From contig CAMEIH010000001.1 in NCBI GenBank assembly GCA_945917985.1, positions 43,984 through 107,983 on the forward strand: 64,000 nucleotides of DNA. The letters run 5' to 3'. Shown one piece after another: positions 50,021 to 60,342 of this stretch (the stretch's first letter is position 1; each line of letters starts with the position of its first letter). Under the pieces are notes generated by a model. That model was given only the letters and a program-made list of their open reading frames with translations, did no database searches and was not told the DNA's origin. Position numbers and translations under genes: made by a program. Source of the stretch: an uncultured Clostridium sp. (GTDB lineage: Bacteria > Bacillota > Clostridia > Lachnospirales > Lachnospiraceae).

Positions 50021-50778
50021 TTTCTTTCCCCACCTTGATATACAATCCTTCTGGGTTCCTTTCCGTAAGGATGAGCCATACAGGTTCCGCCAAAATAGCT
50101 GTAGGGCTCATCGTTATCCTTGATTCCCACACAGACTTCCCAGACTGCCTTTCTATGTACTTCGCAAAAAGAAGCATCCACAAGCTCCAGATTATGTCCT
50201 GTCAGAAGATAGTCAAATTCTTCCCGCATTTTCTGTATTTTGTCCAAAGATGCAAGAAACTGCTCCATAGGAAGACATTCCGGCAGCTGCATCCATGTCT
50301 GTTCCAGAATACTGTCTCCTGAAAACAAAATCCTGTCCTTCCTGTCCAAAAGCACGATTCCGCCCGGTGTGTGTCCCGGCAGTTCATACACTTCCAGAGC
50401 AAGACCTCCGAGATCAAATACATCGCCTTCCGTCACCGTCAGAAACTCAGCCGGCTTTCGGTTCATTTGCCTGATTGCTGCCACAAAAGCAGGATCCTGA
50501 TAAAACCTTTCGGCCACCGGAATATCAGCAGGATGTATATATACCTTCTCAAAGTATACATTTCCATAAATATGATCAGGATGACCGTGGGTATTCACAA
50601 CTGTGAGAGGAAGATCCGTGATCTCTTCCGCCACCTTTCGCACATTTCCATATCCTGTCATAGTGTCGATAATCAGTCCTCTCTCACTTCCCGTCACCAG
50701 ATATCCTGTGGATTCATCATTGTCATTTAACAGCCAAACATGGTCGTTAATCTGTTTTACCTTAATTCTTTCCATCAT
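50017..50778 (-). CDS. MBL-fold metallo-hydrolase
   Basis: THGHPDH, PGHTPG, FSGD, GH. Confidence 0.9.
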   Translation of the reverse strand: MMERIKVKQINDHVWLLNDNDESTGYLVTGSERGLIIDTMTGYGNVRKVAEEITDLPLTVVNTHGHPDHIYGNVYFEKVYIHPADIPVAERFYQDPAFVAAIRQMNRKPAEFLTVTEGDVFDLGGLALEVYELPGHTPGGIVLLDRKDRILFSGDSILEQTWMQLPECLPMEQFLASLDKIQKMREEFDYLLTGHNLELVDASFCEVHRKAVWEVCVGIKDNDEPYSYFGGTCMAHPYGKEPRRIVYQGGERK

Positions 50779-51535
50779 GCTGCTCCCCCTTTTTCAATAT
50801 TTTCTGTACCGACGGGACATCCAGCAGATTTACTGTTATGAATTGTCCCTGATAGAACGCTCCCCAATTATTGAACACACACGGCAGTTCCTTTGCTTTT
50901 TGCAGAGAATCCACCAGAATCAACGAAACGGGGATATTGTCCGATTCACAGTACTGTCTGATATCTTCAATTTTCTCGTAAATATAGGGACACTGCATGT
51001 CATAGTATATGGTCAGTTCCTGATTCATGATCTTTTCCTTTTTCGCATTCTCCGTAAATTTCGGAGTTTGACCGTCGAAGGAAAGTGCAAGCAGCTCATA
51101 TCCGTTGTCTGTCACATCAACCGTCTCAAAGCCGTATTTCTTTGCAAATGCCTGATTTGAGAGCCAGTTTTTCTGTTTTTTTGCTCCCAGCATACAGATG
51201 CCGGATTTTCCCTTTTCCCTGGCATCTGCAATACAGTATTCCATCAGTTCCCTGCCATAGCCTTTTCCTTTCAATTTGCCGTCAACCCACAGGCAATATA
51301 TGTAGTAAAAATTGTCCCCCGTTATCGGCACCCATGCTTTTTCCAGGTGTGCATACTCAATAAAGCAGCATCCCTTTTCATTTAGTTTTCTGAACACATG
51401 ACCTTCCTTCAGCTGCCCGGAAAGCCAGCTTCGCTTTGCTTCCACACCCGGATGAGACTTTTTGCTTCGAATGATACAGCACAGATGCTCCTCACCGATG
51501 TTTTCTGCAGTCAGATTGATAAATTCACTTTCCAT
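50762..51535 (-). CDS. GNAT acetyltransferase with YoaP-like domain
   Basis: EHLCC, CLWV...KGKGYG, QCPY. Confidence 0.85.
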   Translation of the reverse strand: MESEFINLTAENIGEEHLCCIIRSKKSHPGVEAKRSWLSGQLKEGHVFRKLNEKGCCFIEYAHLEKAWVPITGDNFYYIYCLWVDGKLKGKGYGRELMEYCIADAREKGKSGICMLGAKKQKNWLSNQAFAKKYGFETVDVTDNGYELLALSFDGQTPKFTENAKKEKIMNQELTIYYDMQCPYIYEKIEDIRQYCESDNIPVSLILVDSLQKAKELPCVFNNWGAFYQGQFITVNLLDVPSVQKILKKGEQHDGKN

Positions 51536-51574
51536 ATGTTTTTCCTCTCATGGATAAGCTGAGTACAACTGCTA

Positions 51575-52660
51575 CTAATCGATTCCGTAATAGATCAGTT
51601 CATCGTCCTCATCCTTTATCGTTCCGATAAATCCATCTTCTGAAAATGTTGCGATATATTCGTCACCTGAATCACTGATCAGTGTTATGGTATATGCATG
51701 TTCCCCATCGATTTTGTTTGTTGCATCAACTATTGTTCCGGCACCTATTTTCTGCATCACATAAGCAGCTCCCAGTGCCCTGTCTTCATCAAGGGACATT
51801 GTTTTCATGAAGAAATCTTTATTCGCGGACAATTCCTCCGGGACATCGTTTTGTTTTAAATAAAACTCTTCCTGATCAAGCCCCCGATTGATAATCATCG
51901 TCATATCCTCCGACAGATCGAAGCTGTATTGGCATCCCCAATCAATACCATCCAGAATTACCAGTTCAGGCCCGAAAAGACCATCTATGATATTGATTTC
52001 ATCCACGTTGATTTCTTCCTTGCGATATCCTCCCTGACCATCGGAATGGTTCCATGTCAGTTTTCTATCACCGTTGTCATCTAAATAAAATTCCAGATAG
52101 ATTTCCTCATCTTCTGTATTGATCCAGGTGCCCTCAAACCGGCTGAAATTCTCTTGTTGCTCATTGTTCCGTTTCTCAACTGCCGCTTTTTGCTGATCCA
52201 GTTCATCCTGCGTATAATACTTTTCTTTGTCGCCATCAGTTACCCAGCCTATGTCTGTGGCCTCGTGCTCCCAGAGAATTGCATATTGGGGCGAATCCAG
52301 ATATCTTATGTAAAAATGATCATAGCTTCCTCGCAATACGATACCGCTTATTCTTTCAGCCGCCTCGCCCTTAATTGTATAAATACCGTTTTTATAGTCG
52401 GTGCTAAAATCCTCATCGATTTTTTGAAAGTCTGCATCATAGCATGTTAAATCAAAATCGCCCTCAAGATCAGATATATACACTTGCAGTTTGCCATCTG
52501 AGTAGACGGATTTTGTCAGTGCAAGCGCGGTAATCTCTTTTTTATTATCATATGTATATGTTATTTTCTTTTCTGAACATCCACTGAGAAATATCAGGGC
52601 ACATATACATATCATGATGATCAATTTTTGTTTTCTTTTATTCATCCCGATTAACCTCAT
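51575..52660 (-). CDS. Hypothetical lipoprotein
   Basis: Lipobox LSGC; acidic multi-domain. Confidence 0.7.
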   Translation of the reverse strand: MRLIGMNKRKQKLIIMICICALIFLSGCSEKKITYTYDNKKEITALALTKSVYSDGKLQVYISDLEGDFDLTCYDADFQKIDEDFSTDYKNGIYTIKGEAAERISGIVLRGSYDHFYIRYLDSPQYAILWEHEATDIGWVTDGDKEKYYTQDELDQQKAAVEKRNNEQQENFSRFEGTWINTEDEEIYLEFYLDDNGDRKLTWNHSDGQGGYRKEEINVDEINIIDGLFGPELVILDGIDWGCQYSFDLSEDMTMIINRGLDQEEFYLKQNDVPEELSANKDFFMKTMSLDEDRALGAAYVMQKIGAGTIVDATNKIDGEHAYTITLISDSGDEYIATFSEDGFIGTIKDEDDELIYYGID

Positions 52661-52677
52661 AACACCTTTGCAAAAGA

Positions 52678-53292
52678 TTAAATGAAATAAACTCCGTTCA
52701 TCTCAATTCCCATTCTGTCCGCTATTTTCTTTTCAAAAGAAACCTTATCATCAAATATCTTTTTAGATAAATCAAAATTTAAAAGTTTTCTATGCTCAGA
52801 TATTTGTTTTTGCCATTCTCCCATATAGAACTCTGGAACTTGATTCATTTCCTGTTGTGTTGTATAAGCATAATAGCTTATAGACATCCAAATTCCCTGC
52901 GAACCATAATGATCCAGAAGGTCGGCGTCTTGAAGTAACTTCTCATCCCATGAATGCTCACTTGTTTGTGGTTGTCTATCACAATGAGTCGATATAAGTT
53001 TGCAGACATACTCCAGTTCTATTTCCGTCATCTCATCTTTGAGTAAATCACGTACTAAAACAGCTCCTGTGTGACTATGAGGCTCTATTCCTTTCCCAAT
53101 ATCATGAAACATACCAGCACATCTTAAAATATCATCCATAGAATCATCATCAAAAAGTTTTTTTCTTAGCTCAATTACTCCGTTTGCTACTCTTTTCCCA
53201 TGGTAATAAGCAGCTCCAATTTCCCTTTCTTTATGAGACTTCTTTTTCCCCATATATTTAAAGGCAAGTTTATCTAATTCATCAAAATTCAT
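52678..53292 (-). CDS. HD domain protein
   Basis: HGKRV, FHDIGK, H...G, DADLLD. Confidence 0.85.
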   Translation of the reverse strand: MNFDELDKLAFKYMGKKKSHKEREIGAAYYHGKRVANGVIELRKKLFDDDSMDDILRCAGMFHDIGKGIEPHSHTGAVLVRDLLKDEMTEIELEYVCKLISTHCDRQPQTSEHSWDEKLLQDADLLDHYGSQGIWMSISYYAYTTQQEMNQVPEFYMGEWQKQISEHRKLLNFDLSKKIFDDKVSFEKKIADRMGIEMNGVYFI

Positions 53293-53294
53293 TC

Positions 53295-53774
53295 TTAGTT
53301 CCTTTCTGTCCTTTCTGCCGTAAAATAATCCTCTAAAATTGGTGTATGTGTTTCCACTATTTTTATATTTTTCAATTCTTCTCTTGCAAAAAATCTAAGT
53401 TCAATTGACTCCTCACTACACTTCAAATCCGGCATTTTCTTAAGAGTTGTTGTATATAAAGCCATTATGGACCTAATAACATTACCGTCTGGATATGCAA
53501 TAATGATAGATGGGTCATCATATAATTTACAAAATTCAATATCTTCATCAAATAGGATAATTCCTGTTTCTTCAAAAGTTTCTCTTTTTACACATTCCAA
53601 TAAAGTTTCGTTTAAAAATAATCCACCACCAATGAACGCCCACCTATCGCTGTCTTTTCGTGACTCAAGCAATACTTTACCGTCATAATTAATAAGGATG
53701 GTAGAGCCTATATGATTTGGTTTATTTGGTTCAGGTGCATTTGCATTTTTGTAATAAAAAGTTGATTGTCCCAT
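53295..53774 (-). CDS. NUDIX hydrolase
   Basis: GGG....E....C.KRETFEETG. Confidence 0.88.
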   Translation of the reverse strand: MGQSTFYYKNANAPEPNKPNHIGSTILINYDGKVLLESRKDSDRWAFIGGGLFLNETLLECVKRETFEETGIILFDEDIEFCKLYDDPSIIIAYPDGNVIRSIMALYTTTLKKMPDLKCSEESIELRFFAREELKNIKIVETHTPILEDYFTAERTERN

Positions 53775-53845
53775 TACTGTCACCTCCAAAAATTCGGAAT
53801 TTGATTCAAATCCAAAAACTGTAATCTGGCGAATTCTCTTTTCAA

Positions 53846-54232
53846 TTATTTTTTCTCCGAAAACTCATATGCCTGTTCCACCCATGCAAACAGTTCTTCG
53901 TCCAAATCAGACAATTTACTGATTACAATATGCGTTGTCCATCTTCCGGGGTAAGGTTCTGTTTTTACTGCTACACGTCCAGATTCCAGAGGATAAGGAA
54001 GCCCAAGTGTCAATACAAAATAGTTATCCGGAAGCTCCGCTTTCTTTTTTACTCGCAGAAAAGAAACACAGGCATAAACATGACGATTAGAAAATGTGAT
54101 CTGCGTTTTTTGTACCTTTATTTTGCTATCCGGAAACTGTGTTACCACTTTACCGGCAAATTCTTCATACAGAGGTAATGCTGTACGGTGTTGATTAAAA
54201 AATAAAAGTATATCCTGATTAATGAAGTCCAC
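53846..54232 (-). CDS. DUF5655-like protein
   Basis: QKTQITF, EPYPGRWTTH, WVEQAY. Confidence 0.65.
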   Translation of the reverse strand: MDFINQDILLFFNQHRTALPLYEEFAGKVVTQFPDSKIKVQKTQITFSNRHVYACVSFLRVKKKAELPDNYFVLTLGLPYPLESGRVAVKTEPYPGRWTTHIVISKLSDLDEELFAWVEQAYEFSEKK

Positions 54233-54265
54233 TTGTTTTCTCCTTAAAATTGAAACTACTGATAT

Positions 54266-54946
54266 CTACGCATGGTTGCCGGTTTCCAGGCACCACTTTG
54301 CAATCTTCTCAATTAATGCAGCATCAATCTTGCCATAGGGGATTCTGACAGTACCCTTATCCGTTTTGTATCCTTGTAATTCTTTAGAAAACTGTACTAC
54401 AGCTTCAGGGCCCGGATAGAAGCCGATGTGTTCCTTCGAGGCAGCAAAATGAACAATGTTATGACCTTTCCAGTAGGTTGGCATACTCCATGAAATACGT
54501 TCTTCCGCTTCCGGCAATGCACTGTGAAGAATCTGACGGATATAGCGCAGATCTTCCTGCTTATCCTCATCCTGGATCAGGATATATTCATCAATCGTCT
54601 TTGGCTTTTCACCGCAGTAATGACTCTGCCCCTTTTTCTTGAACGCTCTGCCACATTTGGGGCATTTCCACATAGGGATTTTCTCTCTGTCTCTTTCCTG
54701 AAGAACCACTTCAACAATATCACCAAAGTTCTTACCAATCTGCTTACGTATCTGTTTTGTAACGCCGATGATGTAACACGGAGTTCCCATTTTTACGACT
54801 TGCCCACGGTACGGAACACCATCAAAAGTAGCATTCACCAGCAGACGCCCTTTGCCAAAAAGCTCTTTGATATCGTAAGGAACCTCTACATAGGCAGCAT
54901 CCATATTCTCATTTTGTAGAATTCTTGCACAAAATTTTAATTCCAC
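54266..54946 (-). CDS. DUF1905 + DUF1801 (YdhG-like) fusion with CxxC linker
   Basis: FDGVPYRG, IRKQIGK, CPKCGR, ISWSMPTY, HIGFYP. Confidence 0.75.
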   Translation of the reverse strand: MELKFCARILQNENMDAAYVEVPYDIKELFGKGRLLVNATFDGVPYRGQVVKMGTPCYIIGVTKQIRKQIGKNFGDIVEVVLQERDREKIPMWKCPKCGRAFKKKGQSHYCGEKPKTIDEYILIQDEDKQEDLRYIRQILHSALPEAEERISWSMPTYWKGHNIVHFAASKEHIGFYPGPEAVVQFSKELQGYKTDKGTVRIPYGKIDAALIEKIAKWCLETGNHA

Positions 54947-54982
54947 GTTATTTACCTCTCATTGGTCAATTCTTACCCCATA

Positions 54983-55417
54983 TTACTCTACTGTAAATTC
55001 TGTCCAATCGATTTTGTTATACTGCATTACATCATCTGATAATTTCATTCCCAGTTTTTCATAGAAAGGGATCGCATCTTCATTTGCCACAAGATATACG
55101 GCAATATCCTTTTCTCCGCCTGCAAGCTCGTGAGCCTTTTTCATAAGAGTTCTTCCAATACCATTTCCCTCATATTCACGGGCAACACCTAAGTCTGTAA
55201 CATAGAGCCAATAGCAAAAATCTGTAAGGCCAAACAGTACCCCGACTATATCATTATCATCGTTTCGAGCCACAAGACTTATTGATACATTTTTTACCAG
55301 TTTTGTAATTCGTTCTTTAAATCTTTCCTTAGGGTACTGAGAACCAAGATTTGTTCTTTTCAAAAAATCAATATATTCATCTGCTCCCAGTCTTTCTTCC
55401 CGATACGATACATTCAT
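54983..55417 (-). CDS. GNAT acetyltransferase
   Basis: DLGV..EYEGNGIG, FYEKLG. Confidence 0.88.
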   Translation of the reverse strand: MNVSYREERLGADEYIDFLKRTNLGSQYPKERFKERITKLVKNVSISLVARNDDNDIVGVLFGLTDFCYWLYVTDLGVAREYEGNGIGRTLMKKAHELAGGEKDIAVYLVANEDAIPFYEKLGMKLSDDVMQYNKIDWTEFTVE

Positions 55418-55428
55418 AACCGGCCTCC

Positions 55429-55938
55429 TTAATTTTCAAAGAAGAACACATCTGCAGGCGTACCGTCTTCATAATTTACCTCTTCATTAGGGTAGCTTTC
55501 GACCAGACGATAATCGCCCTTCGTATATTCTTCTATTACTTGATTCCAAAAATGAACAGACCCGATATTATGAGGATGCCTTTTCAGCTGCCATTTTCCG
55601 TGGTGCTTATTCAGGACCTGAAAAACTGCCTCTTTTCCATATCCTTTTCTTCGATATTTATTCATAATAAAAAATTCTGATATGCAATAATCGGTCTTTT
55701 CCTCCGGTACTTCCGGGTAATCACTGACAAGAACTAATCCCGCAAGTTTCCCGTCAACTTTAACAAAATATGGATATCTGTGTTCTTCTTCAAAATAGCA
55801 ATCCAAATACTCATATCCATACAGTCCTTCTTCGTTAACATCCGTTTTCTCCCACTGTGAAAACTCGTAAAGATATTTTTCAAGAAGGTTCATCATAATA
55901 TCTTTTTCTTCCGGTTTTGCTTCAACGATTTCCAGCAT
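55429..55938 (-). CDS. GNAT acetyltransferase
   Basis: EFFI..KYRRKGYG, N.....FW. Confidence 0.88.
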   Translation of the reverse strand: MLEIVEAKPEEKDIMMNLLEKYLYEFSQWEKTDVNEEGLYGYEYLDCYFEEEHRYPYFVKVDGKLAGLVLVSDYPEVPEEKTDYCISEFFIMNKYRRKGYGKEAVFQVLNKHHGKWQLKRHPHNIGSVHFWNQVIEEYTKGDYRLVESYPNEEVNYEDGTPADVFFFEN

Positions 55939-55981
55939 ATGATTATTCCTCCTCTCAAATAAGGCCCGGTCAATGCCGGAT

Positions 55982-56590
55982 TTATTTATTTCCCTTAATA
56001 AAATGAATCATAGCCAAAAAACAAATAGGGATAAAATATGCACACTAAAATTCCAGTGCAATAACTCCACCAATGTTTGGTTCTCCATTTGACATAGAGC
56101 TGAACACTCCTGTCATTGGCATAATAAAACATCCAAAAAAGAATACTCCATGGATGATCATTAAGTACTTTAACCACTTATCTGCTTTGTTTTTTGTATC
56201 TATTGTAAGTCCCACAAAGAAAGTCGAAAGTGCCATCATGCCATATCCAAGTAAGTCATAACTGAAAAATAAACCACCTCTTGAATAATCCAGTACTCTC
56301 ATAGCCTGATCATCAAGCGAATCCAGGCGAACAGCAGTTGTCTGTGCAAAATATACAAGAAGTATCAAAACAGTATAAATTGCAGCAAATGTCATGCCAA
56401 CATAGGCTGCCACTCTATGTTTCTCATCACTTTCCTCACAAAAACCGGCGGTCATCATTATGTATCCTATCGGCAATAACATGCACACAAGATAACTGCC
56501 AAAACTAAAAGGGATCAGCATGCAGACGGCAAACAGTACTACTGATACCAATGCGATTGCAGCCCCGATACTCGCTATTGTTTTGTTCAT
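55982..56590 (-). pseudogene. Membrane protein with premature TAG near 3' end
   Basis: Frame continues past TAG 56045 as CAYFIPICFLAMIHFIKGNK* to 55982, completing the last TM helix. Confidence 0.6.
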
Positions 56591-56614
56591 TTTGAAACCT
56601 CCACACATTGGAAT

Positions 56615-57049
56615 TTACAAATATCCCCTTTTTGTAGCTTCTTCAATCAATTTAGGTTGAATTAAAGGATATGTCCAATTTTCTACCAGCTCATCACATA
56701 TAATGATTTTTTCAATTTCACTATGTATTTCTTCAAACGAAAAAATATCTGCTATGAAGAGCATGCCGAATGATTCCTTTTCAATTATTTCATCTACCTT
56801 GGTTTTACCTTTTACGGAATACACACAAACAGGCTTAATATCAAAATCAACGGCACCTGTTTCTTCCTTTAACTCCCTTTTTGCCGTATCTCCAATTGTT
56901 TCCCCGGCTTCTCTATGTCCGCCCGGCACTTCAAAAGTGTCTCTCTCCTTATGCTTGCAAAATACCCATTTTCCATTTGTCTTGGATATAATAACTGCAA
57001 AATCCAATAGTTTATCATCAATCGTATCGTAAAAATTAACCTCAACCAT
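56615..57049 (-). CDS. NUDIX hydrolase
   Basis: PGGHREAGE...AKRELKEETGA. Confidence 0.92.
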   Translation of the reverse strand: MVEVNFYDTIDDKLLDFAVIISKTNGKWVFCKHKERDTFEVPGGHREAGETIGDTAKRELKEETGAVDFDIKPVCVYSVKGKTKVDEIIEKESFGMLFIADIFSFEEIHSEIEKIIICDELVENWTYPLIQPKLIEEATKRGYL

Positions 57050-57065
57050 GTAATATACCTCTGTC

Positions 57066-57302
57066 TCATATCCCATACAAAGTTTCTGCAAATATCTGTT
57101 TCAAAACTTCATATGGTATATCCTGTTTTAAATAGATTTGCACCATTCCCTTAGGAGTGATTTTATAACTTGGTAATTTTGCCCACAATATTTCCTCTAT
57201 TTCGCAAGAAACACTATCGAAAATCATCTTCCTTAGATTATTGTACATATCAATAATCTCACTGGGGTATTTTTCTATATAATCTTTTACCTGCTCATTC
57301 AT
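57066..57302 (-). pseudogene. DUF1801-like gene, probably internally deleted
   Basis: 78 aa; LWAKLPSY joined directly to KITPKG, central beta strands missing. Confidence 0.5.
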
Positions 57303-57336
57303 TTGAACAGCCTCCATAAATTTTAGTTTTATCCTA

Positions 57337-57852
57337 TCAAAACCCGGAAATCTCAAATGTGCATTCTGACGCACCGTTAACAATCGTATCAACGATTTTT
57401 ACAATAACGCTCTTCTCAAAAACTTCAGAGAACAATCTCATATACCAACCGGCAGAACATTCACAGTAGTTTTTATTAAGGTGCTCGACTTTTTTAGGTA
57501 TATTACAGTAACACTTTTCGTATACCGCTATAATCTTTCCATCCGAAACATGTAAATTTTTCCCTCCAATATCCGCTTCATTAAGAAGATTGAGAAACTC
57601 TGTAATATCACTTGATTTTGCATATAGTTTTTTCGCAATTTTAATCGCATTTGCAGATAGGCAACACCCACCGCATTTACGCATGGTATCAGTCATACAG
57701 ATATTCATTTTCTCGGTAGTATTCAAAATGTCATTAATATATCTTGACTGTTTAAGCGGAGTTGCCTTTTCGTCAATAGTACCTATCTGGGAACAAATTA
57801 CTGCTGCATTTTCCTTATCCATATTATCTATGATTCTTTTGGCTTTGTTCAC
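57337..57852 (-). CDS. DUF6144-like Cys-rich protein
   Basis: CGGCC, CYC, YCECSAG, TIVNGASECTF; GTG start after GGAGG. Confidence 0.7.
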   Translation of the reverse strand: MNKAKRIIDNMDKENAAVICSQIGTIDEKATPLKQSRYINDILNTTEKMNICMTDTMRKCGGCCLSANAIKIAKKLYAKSSDITEFLNLLNEADIGGKNLHVSDGKIIAVYEKCYCNIPKKVEHLNKNYCECSAGWYMRLFSEVFEKSVIVKIVDTIVNGASECTFEISGF

Positions 57853-57886
57853 ATCATTTCCTCCTGTATATTCACAGCTTTCCTTA

Positions 57887-58243
57887 TCACTCAACGCTTA
57901 CTCTAAATCTGCATTTTTCACCGCCGCTAAGAACTGTTTCGATTATCTCTACCTCAATATGCTTTTCCGGCATCATATTTTCCAGGACATAGATCATGCT
58001 TTGTCTGGAACACTCACAAAAAGAGGCCTCTTTTCCTCCTGCCAATGCTTCCGGGCATACACATCTCGGGTAGCCCATTTCATAGATATGCCCCTTCTCT
58101 ATTACCTTTGCATAGGAGAACTCGGTTTCCCCGTACTTCTGACAATAAATATCCAGATCACAGTCACTTTCCCGAAACCATTGCATGATAACAGGTAATA
58201 CCGTATCTTTTACACAATTGATTGCTTTTGTTCTATAATCCAT
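57887..58243 (-). CDS. DUF6144-like Cys-rich protein (short paralog)
   Basis: YPRCVC, FCECSR, TVLSGGEKCRF. Confidence 0.65.
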   Translation of the reverse strand: MDYRTKAINCVKDTVLPVIMQWFRESDCDLDIYCQKYGETEFSYAKVIEKGHIYEMGYPRCVCPEALAGGKEASFCECSRQSMIYVLENMMPEKHIEVEIIETVLSGGEKCRFRVSVE

Positions 58244-58309
58244 TATCTCCCCCCCTCATTTCTCTTGCGTCGGCAAAGCTTGTCAGCCGATTTGCATTTT
58301 CGAAATATG

Positions 58310-59149
58310 CTATTTAAGAAGCTTCATCAGGCTGTCCGCATATGCCTGATACACTTTGTCCATATGCGCCTTTATGTACTTATAACCTGCCGGATCTCCT
58401 ACATATGCCTTGGGCACAAGCGAAAGATTCTCAGCATTTCCCTCATTCCATTTTCTCCTCTGATCTCCCACCAACATGGTAGGCTTTAAGCCCTTGATCT
58501 TATCCTCTCTGACCATGTCGGGACAGATATCCAGCATCATGGCTGTTTCAAAAGCGGAAGCATGAATATCAAATTCATCCTCCGGCCACTTCTCGATATC
58601 AAATGCTCCCTCCAGCTGAAAAGATGCTATCTTCAGAAGATAATCCTCATCTCCTGTAAATCCCTGATAAGGAATGTCATCCTCATACTCCGGCCAGTAT
58701 GACTTCATTTCCAGGACTTCATTGGACTCAATAATGGCCTTAAGCATCGCTTTCTTCTGAACGTCATCTCCGTGTGCGTTGAAAAATACTGTTCTCTGAA
58801 AACCAAATCTGTCCAGAGATTCCAAAATCTCCTTTATTGATGCCACAATGGTATCCTTTGCGGATGTGAAGGTACCCGCAAACTGTCTCGTCATCGCCTG
58901 TGTACCGCCAAAATAAAACGGCGGTGCAATCACACATGATCTGCCCGCATCATCAAAGCATCTCTTTATTTCAATCGCCTGATTGAGGCTTGCAAATATA
59001 TCCGCTCCAAGCGGCAGATGCGGTCCATGTGCCTCCACAACACCTACCGGGAAAAGAACCACCGCATTTTCTTTTACGGCATTTTCCACCTCTTCATAAG
59101 TCATACCCATCATTGTAGCTGTCAAAATTTCAAAACTATTTTTTCTCAT
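58310..59149 (-). CDS. Creatininase family amidohydrolase
   Basis: PVGVVEAHGPHLPLGAD, NAHG, HA..FET. Confidence 0.88.
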   Translation of the reverse strand: MRKNSFEILTATMMGMTYEEVENAVKENAVVLFPVGVVEAHGPHLPLGADIFASLNQAIEIKRCFDDAGRSCVIAPPFYFGGTQAMTRQFAGTFTSAKDTIVASIKEILESLDRFGFQRTVFFNAHGDDVQKKAMLKAIIESNEVLEMKSYWPEYEDDIPYQGFTGDEDYLLKIASFQLEGAFDIEKWPEDEFDIHASAFETAMMLDICPDMVREDKIKGLKPTMLVGDQRRKWNEGNAENLSLVPKAYVGDPAGYKYIKAHMDKVYQAYADSLMKLLK

Positions 59150-60144
59150 TTTCTCCGTGCCCCTCTCTTAGCCGCAGTATTAGCTGCCTTAATCGTTTCT
59201 AAATAAGCGTCTTCCACAGGTGAAAGATTTTCTGTCTGGAATTTTCTATATTCTGCTCTCGCTTTTTCAATAGCCTGTTCATGGCTGATTGTTCCGGAGC
59301 CTGTAAGCAGCTTCCTGTTTCCGGATGACAAAATATTGTCCAGCTGCTCAATATAATCGTTCATATACATTGGTCTGTGTTCAATGGCATTGATTTCTGC
59401 AAAATCGAAGTATCCTGATACCAGATTATTCAAAACCTTAAGTTCCTCTTCTGATAAATAATTCTTCGCAATGGAAATATCCTTCAGAGAGGGAAAATCT
59501 CCTGAAAACGAGGTCAATCCCATAAATGGTTTCCCGGCATCTGCTCTTTCATATATGACTTCTGATGCCGTATGTCCATGTGCCGCATAATGCAACTTAT
59601 TCTGTACAATTTTGAAAAAAAGTATCGACTCCTCAGAATGTGGATCATAATCTACACTGGTAGCATATAAATCCAATACTTGCCGATACAATACTTTTTC
59701 CGATGAACGAATGTCCCTGATCCGATCTAACAGTTCCTTCCAATATTGACCGCCACCATTCCCTTTTAATCGTTCATCATCCATGGTAAAGCCTTTTATC
59801 ATGTATTCTTTTAATCGCTCTGTAGCCCATTTACGGAAACGAGTGGCAACAATGGATTTTATTCTATAACCAAGGGAAATGATCATGTCCAAATTATAGT
59901 ACGTTACACTATAGTTTTTTCCATCGGAAGCAGTTGTTCGGATTTTCCGAACAACTGCTTCTTCGGCTAATTCACCATCTTCAAATATATGCTTAATATG
60001 TTCACTTACATTTGATTTGCTAGATTGGTACAATTCAGCCATTTGCTGTTGTGTCAGCCATACAGTATCATCCTGAATTCTGACATCTATTTTCGTCACT
60101 CCATTTTCGGTCTGATAAATTAAAAAATCTCCACTATCTTTCAT
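59146..60144 (-). CDS. RhuM family protein
   Basis: WLTQQQMAELY, YNLDMIISLGYR, FRKWAT, IRDIRSSEK, VQNKLH. Confidence 0.9.
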   Translation of the reverse strand: MKDSGDFLIYQTENGVTKIDVRIQDDTVWLTQQQMAELYQSSKSNVSEHIKHIFEDGELAEEAVVRKIRTTASDGKNYSVTYYNLDMIISLGYRIKSIVATRFRKWATERLKEYMIKGFTMDDERLKGNGGGQYWKELLDRIRDIRSSEKVLYRQVLDLYATSVDYDPHSEESILFFKIVQNKLHYAAHGHTASEVIYERADAGKPFMGLTSFSGDFPSLKDISIAKNYLSEEELKVLNNLVSGYFDFAEINAIEHRPMYMNDYIEQLDNILSSGNRKLLTGSGTISHEQAIEKARAEYRKFQTENLSPVEDAYLETIKAANTAAKRGARRK

Positions 60145-60244
60145 TTCTAAATTCCTTTTCAAGAAGAACATATGTTTGTTTTTAGTGTATCATGTTTTCA
60201 CACTATTAACAACCTTCAATCACAAATTCCTCCCTATCTCATAG

Positions 60245-60309
60245 GCTTCCTTCACCTGATAGGTAAAACTGTTTTTACTTGGATGACAATACACAATCAA
60301 AACATTCAT
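60245..60309 (-). pseudogene. 5' remnant of an NAD(P)H-dependent oxidoreductase (flavodoxin-like)
   Basis: GAGG RBS and MNVLIVYCHPSKNSFTYQVKEA, then loss of similarity and a stop. Confidence 0.65.
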
Positions 60310-60342
60310 TTTTCTCTTACACCTCTGTCAATTCCCGGGTTT

